Of a stretch of 64,000 bases of DNA, positions 1-9,114 are shown piece after piece. Both the position numbers and the translations under genes were made by a program. How positions within the stretch are numbered: position 1 is the first letter of the stretch; every line of letters starts with the position of its first letter. Source of the DNA: Bryobacterales bacterium (GTDB lineage Bacteria > Acidobacteriota > Terriglobia > Bryobacterales > Bryobacteraceae); contig CAVXEM010000004.1 in assembly GCA_963760575.1 (NCBI GenBank), forward strand, positions 8,299-72,298, read 5' to 3'. The notes below the pieces were generated by a model. That model saw only the letters and a program-made list of their open reading frames with translations. It was not told where the DNA came from and made no database searches.

Positions 1-402
1 CCCGAGGCCGTGCTGCCGCATTACGCCCACGGACCCGATGAGGACGCTGGCATGGATCTGCGAGCCGTCGAGCGCGTAGTGCTGTCGCCGGGCGCGGCAC
101 AGGGAGTTCCAACCGGTATCGCTATCGAGCTGCCGGCGGGCTATGAGGCGCAGGTGCGGCCGCGCAGTGGGATGGCGTTGAAGCACTCGGTCACCGTGAA
201 TTTCGGAACCATCGATCCCGGGTATCGCGGTGAGATTCGCGTGGTGATGTTCAATCTGAGCGCCGCCGATTACGTGATTGAGAAGGGTGATCGTATCGCG
301 CAGTTGGTGGTGGCGCGGTATGAGGCGGTGGAGTGGGAAGAGGGCGGCGAACTCGGCGAATCGCGGCGCGGCGCGGGCGGCTTTGGCAGCTCGGGGCGTT
401 AG
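1..402 (+). CDS. dut: dUTP diphosphatase (dUTPase), 5' end cut by window edge
   Basis: The frame is open from nt 1. The translation ...DAGMDLRA...PTGIAIELPAGYEAQVRPRSGMALKH...GTIDPGYRGEI...GDRIAQLVV...RGAGGFGSSG carries the classic trimeric dUTPase motifs. Confidence 0.85.
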   Translation, partial: PEAVLPHYAHGPDEDAGMDLRAVERVVLSPGAAQGVPTGIAIELPAGYEAQVRPRSGMALKHSVTVNFGTIDPGYRGEIRVVMFNLSAADYVIEKGDRIAQLVVARYEAVEWEEGGELGESRRGAGGFGSSGR

Positions 403-412
403 AATTACAAAC

Positions 413-1573
413 ATGAACGGTGAAGCCTTGGCCCTGTTTCCGGAACTTTTGTTGCCCGATGATGAATCGCTCAGCAAAGGGATTTTGCCGGTCCAGCGTC
501 TGGAGGAACTGGTGAGGAACGGGAACATTCGCGCCACCACTCCCATTGCAGAGGATCAAATCCAGCCGTCCAGCATTGACCTGCGCTTAGGCAAGAGAGG
601 CTACCGCGTTTCTGCGAGCTTCTTGCCCACGCAGTACTCGACCGTGCAGCAAAAGTTGCAGGAGATGGTGGTCGAGGAAATCGATCTGGCGAACTCTGCT
701 CTGCTCAAGAAGGGCTCGGTTTATATCGTTCCTTTGCAGGAGGAATTGTTCCTTCCGGATTTCATTTCAGGAAGAGCGAATCCCAAGAGCAGCACGGGGC
801 GGTTGGATATTTTCACGCGGCTGATCACGGATTATGCCGCCCGGTTTGAGGATGTGAGGGCGGGATACAAAGGAAAACTCTACGCGGAGATCGCGCCGCT
901 TACATTCGACGTGATTGTGCGCGAAGGTTCGAAGCTGAATCAATTGCGGCTGAGTCGCGGTGCGCCGCGCTCATCGGACACCATGCTGCGGGAAATGCGC
1001 GAAACGGAATCGATTGTGTTTTCGCCGGACGCCTCGCCAATCGCGCCGATGATCGCGGAGGGATTGCAACTGTCAATCGACCTCGAAGGCACTGAAGCGA
1101 GTGACATCATTGGCTACCGAGCTCTGCACAACACCGCGCCGATTGATCTGGCAAACATCGGCTATTACGAGCCCAAGGAATTCTGGCAACCAATTCGCAG
1201 AAATGCCAGAAAAACGATTGTCTTGGAAGCGGGCGAGTTCTACATTCTTGCATCGAAACAAAAGGTCAGCATCCCGCCGGGTTACGCGGCCGAGATGATT
1301 CCTTACGATCCTTCGGTGGGCGAGTTTCGCATTCATTACGCGGGATTCTTCGATCCGGGTTTTGGGTGGGGTCCCGCGGAACGCCGGGGAACTCATGCGG
1401 TGCTTGAAGTGCGTTCGCACGACGTCCCGTCGCTGCTTGAGGACGGGCAAATTGTTTGCCGTCTGGTTTACGAACAGCTGCTCGCTCCGCCGGACAGACT
1501 TTATGGACGAGAGATCGGGTCGTCGTACTCAACTCAAAGACTGGCACTCAGCAAACACTTCAAGCGCAGCTAA
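413..1573 (+). CDS. 2'-deoxycytidine 5'-triphosphate deaminase-like protein (long, two-domain DCD family)
   Basis: The ATG at 413 sits 11 nt after the dut stop. The ~386 aa product contains ...QPSSIDLRLG...GSVYIVPLQEEL...NPKSSTGRLDIFTRL... and a second dCTP-deaminase/dUTPase-like half, ...YAAEMIPYDPSVGEFRIHYAGFFDPGFG.... The upstream part of the track ORF (278-412) overlaps dut and looks non-coding. Confidence 0.7.
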   Translation: MNGEALALFPELLLPDDESLSKGILPVQRLEELVRNGNIRATTPIAEDQIQPSSIDLRLGKRGYRVSASFLPTQYSTVQQKLQEMVVEEIDLANSALLKKGSVYIVPLQEELFLPDFISGRANPKSSTGRLDIFTRLITDYAARFEDVRAGYKGKLYAEIAPLTFDVIVREGSKLNQLRLSRGAPRSSDTMLREMRETESIVFSPDASPIAPMIAEGLQLSIDLEGTEASDIIGYRALHNTAPIDLANIGYYEPKEFWQPIRRNARKTIVLEAGEFYILASKQKVSIPPGYAAEMIPYDPSVGEFRIHYAGFFDPGFGWGPAERRGTHAVLEVRSHDVPSLLEDGQIVCRLVYEQLLAPPDRLYGREIGSSYSTQRLALSKHFKRS

Positions 1574-2232
1574 AGAATATTGACGGCGCGGGCGGCTAGC
1601 AGCGCGATAGTCGCCAGCGAGATGATGGCCTGGATCATCATCAGTCCCTTGGCCCAGCGCGAGAGCACCGGGACGTCGGTGGGCGAGAACGCGGTGCTGG
1701 TGTTGAAGGCCAGGAACAGGTAGTCCATGAATCCAGGCTTCCAATCGTCCTCTTCCATTTCGATGCGAAGCTCGCGGCTCAGTGTCATTTGCGGGAACAG
1801 GAAGGCGCCGTCGGTGTGGCACACGCTGAGGTCGCGTTGATGGGGGCCGCCGGCGTCGAGGCGCCAGTACCACGAGGCGAAGATCAGGACGTTGCAGATC
1901 CACAGAGCGGTGGCGGCGCGCAGCAGTTCGCTGGGCGATTCCTTATGGAGCGGCAGGCGCGAGACCAATAGCCACAGAGAGCCGATCATGGCCAGGGTCA
2001 AGATGCTCGACGCGGCGTGGCCTAGGACGCGGGTGAGCGTAAGGTGCCGGATAGAGTGGATGAAGGCCCCGGGCACCGTCAGCACGACGACTAACACCAC
2101 AAACAGCCAATCGGGACCGACCTTCAGCGCGGGCGGGAGCGCATAAAACAGTGCACTGACCGCGAGCAGCGCAACCATGGCGGGCCAGCGCGGTTCGCCT
2201 TGACGGAGGTCGGGTGACGTCGGCACTGTCAA
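1570..2232 (-). CDS. Integral membrane protein (DUF1345-like, from memory)
   Basis: 220 aa with several hydrophobic helices and the motif ...ASWYWRLDAGGP.... It overlaps the upstream gene convergently by 4 nt. Confidence 0.55.
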   Translation of the reverse strand: MTVPTSPDLRQGEPRWPAMVALLAVSALFYALPPALKVGPDWLFVVLVVVLTVPGAFIHSIRHLTLTRVLGHAASSILTLAMIGSLWLLVSRLPLHKESPSELLRAATALWICNVLIFASWYWRLDAGGPHQRDLSVCHTDGAFLFPQMTLSRELRIEMEEDDWKPGFMDYLFLAFNTSTAFSPTDVPVLSRWAKGLMMIQAIISLATIALLAARAVNIL

Positions 2233-2599
2233 ATGTTCGCATGACGACTGCGAATATTCAAATCTTCTCTGTTTCGGCTCGATCCTTAAAAAAATTTGGG
2301 GCCCCGCCCGCTGAATTTACCCCCAACGGCAGGAGTCCGCTTCGTAACCCGCAACGGAGTGGGACCGGTCAGGTACCGGCAAACCCCCAACGCACACAGG
2401 CCCTCGCGACAGGATCTAGAATGCCGCTCTTCGCTTTCGCTGGACCGGTCCAAGCTCTCCGTTGGAAGAACGCTCGAACTCCTGGCTACACGGTTACACG
2501 GCGGGGGTGGCGCGGGGGCGGAGGGAAACGCGAAGTTGCGGAGGCGGCGGGGAATAGAAGCGCGGGGCGGTGTGTGAACGCCATTTTGCGGGATAATCG

Positions 2600-3407
2600 G
2601 TGACTATGAAAACCCTGGTGATGGTCTTCGCTAGCGCGGTGACGCTGTGCGCGCAGTGGCCGCCGCATCCGAGTGCGGGAGTTCCGAAGACGGCTGCGGG
2701 CAAACCGAATTTGAACGCGCTGGCGCCGCGGACGGCCGATGGCAAGCCCGACCTCTCGGGAGTCTGGGAGAACTTTCGGGAGGCGGCGGGGCCTCCGACG
2801 ACTGGTCTCGGGCCGACGCTGGGGTCGAATCAGTTTTGGGACATCGGTTATGGAATGAAGGATGGCTTGCCGTACCAGCCGTGGGCCAAGGATCTGCTCG
2901 CGAAGCGCATAGGAGAAAACAGCAAGGACAATCCGGACGCGCACTGTCTGCCGATGGGTCTGATGCAACTGCACACGCACCCGCAACCCCGGAAAATCAT
3001 TCAGACTCCCGGCGTAATCGTCATTTTGTATGAAGGGAACAGCGGCATCCGGCAAATCTTCACTGACGGGCGCGCACTGCCGTCTCGCGATGCGCAGCCG
3101 TGGTGGTATGGCTATTCCGTAGGCAAGTGGGATGGCGATACTTTGGTGGTCGAGACCACCGGTTTCCGCGACGACGGGTGGCTGGATGTGAATGGGAGTC
3201 CGCTGACCGAGGCCGGGAAGATGACGGAGCGCTTCCGGCGGGTGAACTACGGGAATCTGGAAATCGAGGTCACGGTGGATGATCCCAAGGCGTACACCAA
3301 ACCGTGGACGGCGAAGATGACGCAGCGCGATCATGCTCGACACCGAGTTGATTGAGTTCGTGTGCAATGAGAACGAGAAGTCTGTGACGCACCTGGTGGG
3401 CAAGTGA
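2600..3407 (+). CDS. Exported hypothetical protein, 'GDTLVVET' secreted family. The C-terminus is frameshifted: the track ORF ends at 3355 and homology continues in the +1 frame to 3407.
   Basis: Signal peptide MTMKTLVMVFASAVTLCAQ. Family motifs ...DAHCLPMG...YGYSVGKWDGDTLVVETTGF...VTVDDPKAYTKPWT.... After ~3326 the next frame reads AIMLDTELIEFVCNENEKSVTHLVGK*, which matches the E..C tail of the paralogs at 57815, 58576 and 60123. Confidence 0.7.
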
Positions 3408-3979
3408 TTCTGGAGGGCACGCAGGTGCGGCTGGAGCCGCTGACCTTGGAGCATCACGCGGCGTTTTGCGAGGTGGGGCTCGATCCGGAGTTGTGGCAAT
3501 GGATTCCTTACCGCGCTACTACCGCCGAGGAGATGCTCGCTTACATTCAGAGCGCGTTGAAGGATCAGGCGGCAGGGACGGCGCAGCCGTTTGCAACGGT
3601 GGAACGGGCGACGGGCCGCGTGATCGGATCGACGCGCTACATGAATATCGACGTCGCGAACCGGCGGAGGGAGATTGGCGCGACGTGGATCGCTAAGCCA
3701 TGGCAGCGCACGGCGATCAATACCGAAGCCAAGTACCTGATGCTGCGGCACGCCTTTGAAACGCTGGGGTGCGTGCGCGTGGAGCTGAAGACGGACGCGC
3801 TGAACCAGAAGTCGCGCAACGCAATTTTGCGCATCGGCGCGAAAGAGGAAGGCACGCTGCGGCGGCACGTCGTCACCTGGACGGGCCGCGTTCGCGACTC
3901 GGTCTATTTCAGCGTTCTCGATTCCGAGTGGCCGCAGGTGAAGGCGGCGCTCGAGGCGAAGCTCACGCGAGTTGGCTGA
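3404..3979 (+). CDS. GNAT family N-acetyltransferase (RimJ/RimL-like)
   Basis: 191 aa containing ...STRYMNID..RRREIGATWIAKPWQRTAINTEAKYLMLRHAFETLGCVRVELKTDALNQKSRNAILRIGAKEEGTLRRH.... The GTG start overlaps the TGA of the shifted upstream reading frame (GTGA). Confidence 0.85.
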   Translation: MILEGTQVRLEPLTLEHHAAFCEVGLDPELWQWIPYRATTAEEMLAYIQSALKDQAAGTAQPFATVERATGRVIGSTRYMNIDVANRRREIGATWIAKPWQRTAINTEAKYLMLRHAFETLGCVRVELKTDALNQKSRNAILRIGAKEEGTLRRHVVTWTGRVRDSVYFSVLDSEWPQVKAALEAKLTRVG

Positions 3980-4739
3980 TGGCGGCGACTACTTCGGCCG
4001 GTTTTTCGAAGGGAACGAGATGTCCGGCTTGCGGGATCATGGTAACGCTGGAGCCGGCGATGCCGCGCTGGAATTCCTGGGCGTAGACGGGTGCTATTAA
4101 TTTGTCGCTGTCGCCCCAGATTAATTGCGTTTTAGCGCGGATGCGGTAGAGGCGGCTGGCGAGTCCACGCTCCGGGATGGGGAACAGGATCTTGCCGGCA
4201 GCGCCGAGCTGGCGGGCGTTTTGCACCAGGAAGGCTTGCAGGAAACTGGGGTCGCTCAAGTCCACGCCGGCGGTCATGGCTTTCGATCCAGCCTTCTCGT
4301 CATAGAAAAGAACGGGCGGTAACTCGAAGGGCAGCATCGCGAAGAAGTCGGGGATGGGATGCTGGTCGAGCCACAGGCCGGCGGGCGCAATCAGAGCGAG
4401 CCGCGAAACATCGTTAGGAGCGATGGCGGCCATTTCACTGGCGATCATGCCGCCCATCGAGAAGCCCGCCAGCACGGGATCTTTCAGGCCGAGCGCGCTG
4501 ACGACGTCCCAGGTGTGCAGCGTGAAATCCAGCATGTCGCGAAGTTCCGGACACTCTTCGCTATCGCCGTAGCCGGGGACCAGGGGCGCGTAAACATGGA
4601 AGCGCTGGGCGAGCGCGTCGAGAAAGGGCAGATCCATATCGAGACCGCCGGCGCCGTGGAGGAAAACCAGCGGCGTGCCGGAGCCACCTTCGTAATAGCG
4701 GACGGGTACGCGGGTGGTAGCGATGGTCTTGAGTGTCAT
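3963..4739 (-). CDS. Alpha/beta-fold hydrolase
   Basis: Start is MTLKTIATT at 4739 (ATGA overlap with the upstream LLM gene). It has HGAGG, the nucleophile elbow GFSMGG, and ...GDSDKL...AGHLVPFEKP. Confidence 0.85.
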   Translation of the reverse strand: MTLKTIATTRVPVRYYEGGSGTPLVFLHGAGGLDMDLPFLDALAQRFHVYAPLVPGYGDSEECPELRDMLDFTLHTWDVVSALGLKDPVLAGFSMGGMIASEMAAIAPNDVSRLALIAPAGLWLDQHPIPDFFAMLPFELPPVLFYDEKAGSKAMTAGVDLSDPSFLQAFLVQNARQLGAAGKILFPIPERGLASRLYRIRAKTQLIWGDSDKLIAPVYAQEFQRGIAGSSVTMIPQAGHLVPFEKPAEVVAAISQLA

Positions 4740-5980
4740 CGGGCGAGTACCTCCACCGGCAGGGTCGCGGGAGTCACGCGCTTTGCTAGAGGATGACACC
4801 AGAAGCGGCTGTCGTCGGCGTATTCGGGATACAGGTGCCGCAGTTTCGGCATGACCTGCTCGGCGAACAAGCGCGTCGAGTGCTGCACTTTGTCCTTGGG
4901 CATGTCGCCCATTTGCATCAGGCAAAACACATTGCCGACGCGCAGACCTTTGATCAGGTCCTCCATGCGCTGGCGCACCGTCTCCGGACTGCCGGCGATG
5001 ACGCGGCCGCTCTCGATCAGCTCGCCCCAGGGGACTTCCTCGAAGATCTTGGTGGGCGCGTATTGATTGAGAATGCCTTTCTGCATGGTCTTGATGGTGC
5101 GGTAGCCGGGAGCGTCGGCGAAACCGGGGAACACGTGCAGACAGCGGTTGTAAAAGTAGTGGGCGTGCTTGGCGTAGAGGCGCTCGGCATCGGCGTCGGT
5201 ATCGGCAACGCAAATGAACTGCGCGAAACCGGCGCGGTAGGGCGAGGTGTCGGGCGCATTGCGCTCGGCTACGCGATTCCAATAGCCATCCATGAGCGCC
5301 TTGCCGCGCAGATAGCCGCCGAAGCTCAGATACGAATACGAGTAGGTGTTGTCGATGCAGAAGTCGTAAGTCTCGATCGACCCGCCGCCGGGAATGTGAA
5401 TGGGCGGATGCGGCTGCTGGATGGGGCGCGGCCACACGTTGACGTAGCGCAACTTGGTGTAGCGGCCGTTGAAGGCGAAGGGCTCGGGCTCGCGCCAGGC
5501 GCGCATGATCAGATCGTGCGCTTCCGCGTATTTTTCGCGGGTGAGTCCGGGGATGGTGCCGTAGCAATAGTTGGTGTCCATCGAAGTGCCGACCGGAAAA
5601 CCGGCCACCAGGCGTCCGCCGGAGATGCAATCCAGCATGGCGAACTCTTCGGCGACGCGCGTCGGGGGATTATAGAGCGCGATCGAATTGCCGAGCACGA
5701 CGATGGCGGTGTCCTGGGTGCGGCGCGCAAGCGAGGCGGCGATCAGATTCGGCGAGGGCATGAGACCATAGGCGTTCTGATGGTGCTCGTTGACGCCGAT
5801 GCCGTCGAAGCCCACCTGGGCGGCGTATTCGAGGCAATCAAGGTGATCGTTATAGACGGTGTGGGCGCGCACCGGATCGAAATAGCGCGAGGGGATGTCG
5901 ACCCACACGGAGCGATTCTTCTCGCGGAAGTCGTCGGGCAAATCAGGCCACGGCATCAGGTTGAACCAGGTGAATTTCAT
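4736..5980 (-). CDS. LLM-class (luciferase-like) flavin-dependent oxidoreductase
   Basis: 414 aa containing ...GFDGIGVNEHHQNAYGLMPSPNL...GGRLVAGFPVGT.... A GGGAGG Shine-Dalgarno sits ~7 nt upstream of the ATG. Confidence 0.85.
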   Translation of the reverse strand: MKFTWFNLMPWPDLPDDFREKNRSVWVDIPSRYFDPVRAHTVYNDHLDCLEYAAQVGFDGIGVNEHHQNAYGLMPSPNLIAASLARRTQDTAIVVLGNSIALYNPPTRVAEEFAMLDCISGGRLVAGFPVGTSMDTNYCYGTIPGLTREKYAEAHDLIMRAWREPEPFAFNGRYTKLRYVNVWPRPIQQPHPPIHIPGGGSIETYDFCIDNTYSYSYLSFGGYLRGKALMDGYWNRVAERNAPDTSPYRAGFAQFICVADTDADAERLYAKHAHYFYNRCLHVFPGFADAPGYRTIKTMQKGILNQYAPTKIFEEVPWGELIESGRVIAGSPETVRQRMEDLIKGLRVGNVFCLMQMGDMPKDKVQHSTRLFAEQVMPKLRHLYPEYADDSRFWCHPLAKRVTPATLPVEVLAR

Positions 5981-6049
5981 GCTTTTGCCTCCCGGCTTGG
6001 CCAGTATACATCGGGAGGAGGGGCTTCCGCGTCAGTGTACGCGTGCGAG

Positions 6050-7252
6050 TCAGGCTCGGCGCAAAATATGCGACTTCCATACGTGGAGGAAGAGTGGGAA
6101 AGCCGGGGGGCCGCGCCGGGCAAATATCATACGCGCGACTTCCAGCGCCGCCCAGCCGAAATAGATCCAGGTAATGACCGGCTCCATGGCAGCGTTGAAG
6201 AAGGGAATCACAAACAGGACAGCGAGCGCAGCGGCTTCCCACCAGACCAGTTCCATATTAAGCAGGAACACCAAGGCGATGGTCGCTTGCCCCAACGTCA
6301 GCCAGAGTTCCATCTCTTGTTTCACGTCGAAGGTGATGGGGGTGACCGCGCCCATGCTCATCGAATAAACGATGGGCAGCATGGCGGCGAGCAGAGTCCA
6401 CTGATTGATGTTGCTCGACACCATGTTCATCAGGGCCATGGGCGCGCGATCGGAGCGGCGGGCCCAGTAGAGCGTCGATAGCATTTCGGGAAATTCGCTG
6501 ACCAACGGGGCGATCCACTGCACGAAGACGAAGTCCGGCACTCCGGCGAGCACGGACAGAGCCAGCAGGCTGGCCAGGAAGGGCTCGGCACTCAAGTAGA
6601 TGAGCGCGCCTCCGGCGACGAACAGCGCGCCGATGGCGAAGATGCGCCTGCCCCGGCGGGCCTTCACGATGGTGCGCGGGATGATCTCCAGGTCCTCGAC
6701 GGTTTCGTGGTCTTCGGAAGGAAGTTTTCCGAGGATCCACAGGTAGGCGGCGTAGATCACGATCAGGACCATACCGTCGTACACGGTGAGCGAGCCTTTG
6801 ATCGCAATTACAGGGATATAAAGTAATGCGACCAGCAGACCCATCACTTCTACGGCGTGATGTTCCTCCAACAGGATGTGGCGGAGCGGCTTCCCGGTGC
6901 GGCGCCGGTGGAACAAAGCGGCCGTGAAGTAGATGAGCGGCCAGCCGGTGCCGGTGAGCAGGCGCAACGCGCCGGTGAGGTTCGCCAGCAGCAGGTGGGT
7001 TTGCTGGTGCCAGGCGAGTACGGCTTCGACGGCGAACTCCGGCAGCGTCTGCAGCCAGGCGAGCATGGCCAGCGCAAACCCTTGCGCCACGAAATACTGC
7101 GCGGATTCGGCGGCCCAGGCGATCATCAGCGCCGCGAGCAGGATGGCAGGAGCGGTCCACAGAACCGTGGCGGGGCTGGTTTCCTTCAACGGAGCCGCGA
7201 CGAAAAGGAAAGCTAAAAACAGGGGATAGACGGCCTGAGGCAACACGCCCAT
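6050..7252 (-). CDS. Polytopic membrane protein, Ca2+/cation antiporter (CaCA)-like
   Basis: 400 aa with more than 9 hydrophobic helices. Two alpha-repeat-like segments (...LQTLPEFAVEAV... and ...PLVSEFPEMLST...) resemble the G(T/S)SLPE motifs of Na+/Ca2+ exchangers. Confidence 0.5.
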   Translation of the reverse strand: MGVLPQAVYPLFLAFLFVAAPLKETSPATVLWTAPAILLAALMIAWAAESAQYFVAQGFALAMLAWLQTLPEFAVEAVLAWHQQTHLLLANLTGALRLLTGTGWPLIYFTAALFHRRRTGKPLRHILLEEHHAVEVMGLLVALLYIPVIAIKGSLTVYDGMVLIVIYAAYLWILGKLPSEDHETVEDLEIIPRTIVKARRGRRIFAIGALFVAGGALIYLSAEPFLASLLALSVLAGVPDFVFVQWIAPLVSEFPEMLSTLYWARRSDRAPMALMNMVSSNINQWTLLAAMLPIVYSMSMGAVTPITFDVKQEMELWLTLGQATIALVFLLNMELVWWEAAALAVLFVIPFFNAAMEPVITWIYFGWAALEVARMIFARRGPPAFPLFLHVWKSHILRRA

Positions 7253-7266
7253 GGTACAACGAACGT

Positions 7267-8344
7267 ATGCCCGGTTTTCGTGTGGAAACGCCGCAGCGCG
7301 CCTACGATGCCATCGTCGAGCGCGGTTCGCTCGCGCGCATCGCAGAGTTTTTGCCGGCGCGGGCGGGCAAACTTTTCGTGGTGACCACGGCGGATGTTTG
7401 GGGTTTCCACGGGGCCCGCGTCGAGCGCGCGCTGGCCGGGCGGGCGCATCAAGTGCTGTTCTTCCCGGGCGGCGAACCGCGCAAGAAGATGGCTGAAGTG
7501 GAGGCGCTGGCCGAGCAGATGATCGCCGGCGGCGGGGACCGGTCGAGCGTGGTGGTGGCTTTCGGCGGCGGGATCGTCACCGACGTCGCTGGGTTCCTGG
7601 CAGCGGTGTTCATGCGCGGGATTCCAGTGATCCAGGTTCCGACGACGCTGCTGGCGCAGGTGGATGCGGCAGTCGGCGGGAAGACCGGTGTCAATCTCAT
7701 CTCTGGTAAGAACCTGGTGGGGAGTTTCCATCAACCGCTGGTTGTGCTGATCGATCCCGAGGTCTTGAAGACGCTGCCCGAGCGCGAGTACCGCGCGGGG
7801 TTGTACGAGATCATCAAGTGCGGCGTGATTCGCGATGCTGAACTGTTCCGCGTGCTGGCCGAGGGCGCGGACCGCGTGTTCGCGCAGGAGCCGGCGACGG
7901 TGGATCGAATCATCGCGGACGCGGTGCGCATTAAGGCGGAAGTTGTGACCGCGGACGAGCGCGAGGGCGATCTGCGGCGCATCCTCAATTTCGGGCACAC
8001 GGTGGGTCACGCGCTCGAAGCCGACACCCAGTACGAGCGCTTCTTGCATGGCGAAGCGGTGGCGTTCGGCATGCACGCGGCGACGGCGCTGGCCGAGCGC
8101 GTGGTCGAATTGGCACCGCCCGACGCCGCCCGCATCCATGCGGTGATTCGCAAATATGGACCGATCCCGGCGCTCACCGGCATCACTGCGTCGAGCTTGT
8201 TTGCGCGGTTAGGCGGCGGACAAGAAGACGGTGCAGGGAAAGGTCCATTTCGTGCTGCCGGTAAAGATTGGCGACGTGAAGATCGTCACCGGCGTTGACG
8301 ATCGCGCGGTGATGGAAGCAATCGAAGTGGCGCTCGCATCATGA
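7267..8344 (+). CDS. aroB: 3-dehydroquinate synthase. The last ~40 codons are displaced by a +1 frameshift near 8212-8220; the track ORF ends at 8298.
   Basis: ...VVAFGGGIVTDVAGF...RGIPVIQVPTTLLAQVDAAVGGKTGVN...KNLVGSFHQP...LNFGHTVGHALE...HGEAVAFGM.... Frame 2 from 8219 gives DKKTVQGKVHFVLPVKIGDV...ALAS* and ends in an ATGA overlap with ubiE. Confidence 0.9.
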
Positions 8345-9114
8345 CGCCCGCGACCGGCACTACGCCCCAGGGGATCACCAGCGAAGAGGCTGCGTCGCGT
8401 TGGGTGCGCGGGATGTTCGGGCGGGTAGCCGCACGCTACGACCTGCTGAATCATTTGCTCTCTTTCAACCTGGACAAGCGTTGGCGCGCGCGTACGGTGC
8501 TGCGCGTGTCCGATGTGCTGGCGCGGCCGGGGGCGAAGGTTTTGGATTTGTGCTGCGGCACCGGCGACGTTTTGTTGTCGCTCGAAGCGCGCGGCGGCGG
8601 CGCGGTGATCTATGGGAGTGACTTCTGTCATCCCATGCTGATCGAAGCGCGGCGCAAGGTTGCGGCGCACAAGTTTCGCTCTCCGCTGTTCGAAGCCGAT
8701 GCGCTCGCGCTGCCGCTGGCCTCGAATTCGCTCGACTTGATCACGGTGGCCTTCGGCTTCCGCAATCTCACCAACTATCGCCACGGCTTGGAAGAACTGG
8801 CGCGCGTCCTGAAACCCGGCGGCACGCTGGCGATTCTGGAATTCTCGCAGCCCACCAATCGCGCCTTCGCGGGACTCTACGGGTTCTTTTCGACGCGCGT
8901 GCTGCCGGTCGTGGGGGGGATGATCTCGGGCTCGCGCGACGCGTATTCGTATTTGCCGGAGTCGATCAAGAAGTTTCCGGGCGCCGAGGGCTTGGCCGAG
9001 CAGATGCGGGCCGCCGGATTCGGCAAAGTCGAGTTCGAGCGCCTGACCTTCGGCGCAGTGGCGCTGCATTTAGGGAAAAAGGAGTCCAGTGTCCGACCTG
9101 CGGGCGCTCCTTAA
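8341..9114 (+). CDS. ubiE: Demethylmenaquinone/ubiquinone C-methyltransferase
   Basis: ...FGRVAARYDLLNHLLSFNLDKRWR...VLDLCCGTGD...VAFGFRNLTNY...LKPGGTLAILEFSQP...YSYLPESIKKFP... are typical UbiE/MenG motifs. Confidence 0.85.
   Translation: MTPATGTTPQGITSEEAASRWVRGMFGRVAARYDLLNHLLSFNLDKRWRARTVLRVSDVLARPGAKVLDLCCGTGDVLLSLEARGGGAVIYGSDFCHPMLIEARRKVAAHKFRSPLFEADALALPLASNSLDLITVAFGFRNLTNYRHGLEELARVLKPGGTLAILEFSQPTNRAFAGLYGFFSTRVLPVVGGMISGSRDAYSYLPESIKKFPGAEGLAEQMRAAGFGKVEFERLTFGAVALHLGKKESSVRPAGAP

Noticed and set aside
2340-2400. SRP (4.5S) RNA-like segment ...GACCGGTCAGGTACCGGCAAACC...
   Set aside because: It only superficially resembles the GGUCAGGUCCGGAAGGAAGCAGCC domain IV core. The GGAA tetraloop and the conserved 3' strand are missing, and no extended helix is evident.
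2486-3868. Long antisense or alternative-frame ORFs. Examples: 2486-3868(-) 460 aa, 4793-6481(+) 562 aa, 7213-8139(-), 22454-24331(-) 625 aa, 58606-59499(-), 63086-63661(-).
   Set aside because: They are Arg/Gly/Pro/Ala-rich and low-complexity, and have no motifs. They lie opposite or overlapping genes with clear family signatures, as expected for shadow ORFs in high-GC DNA.
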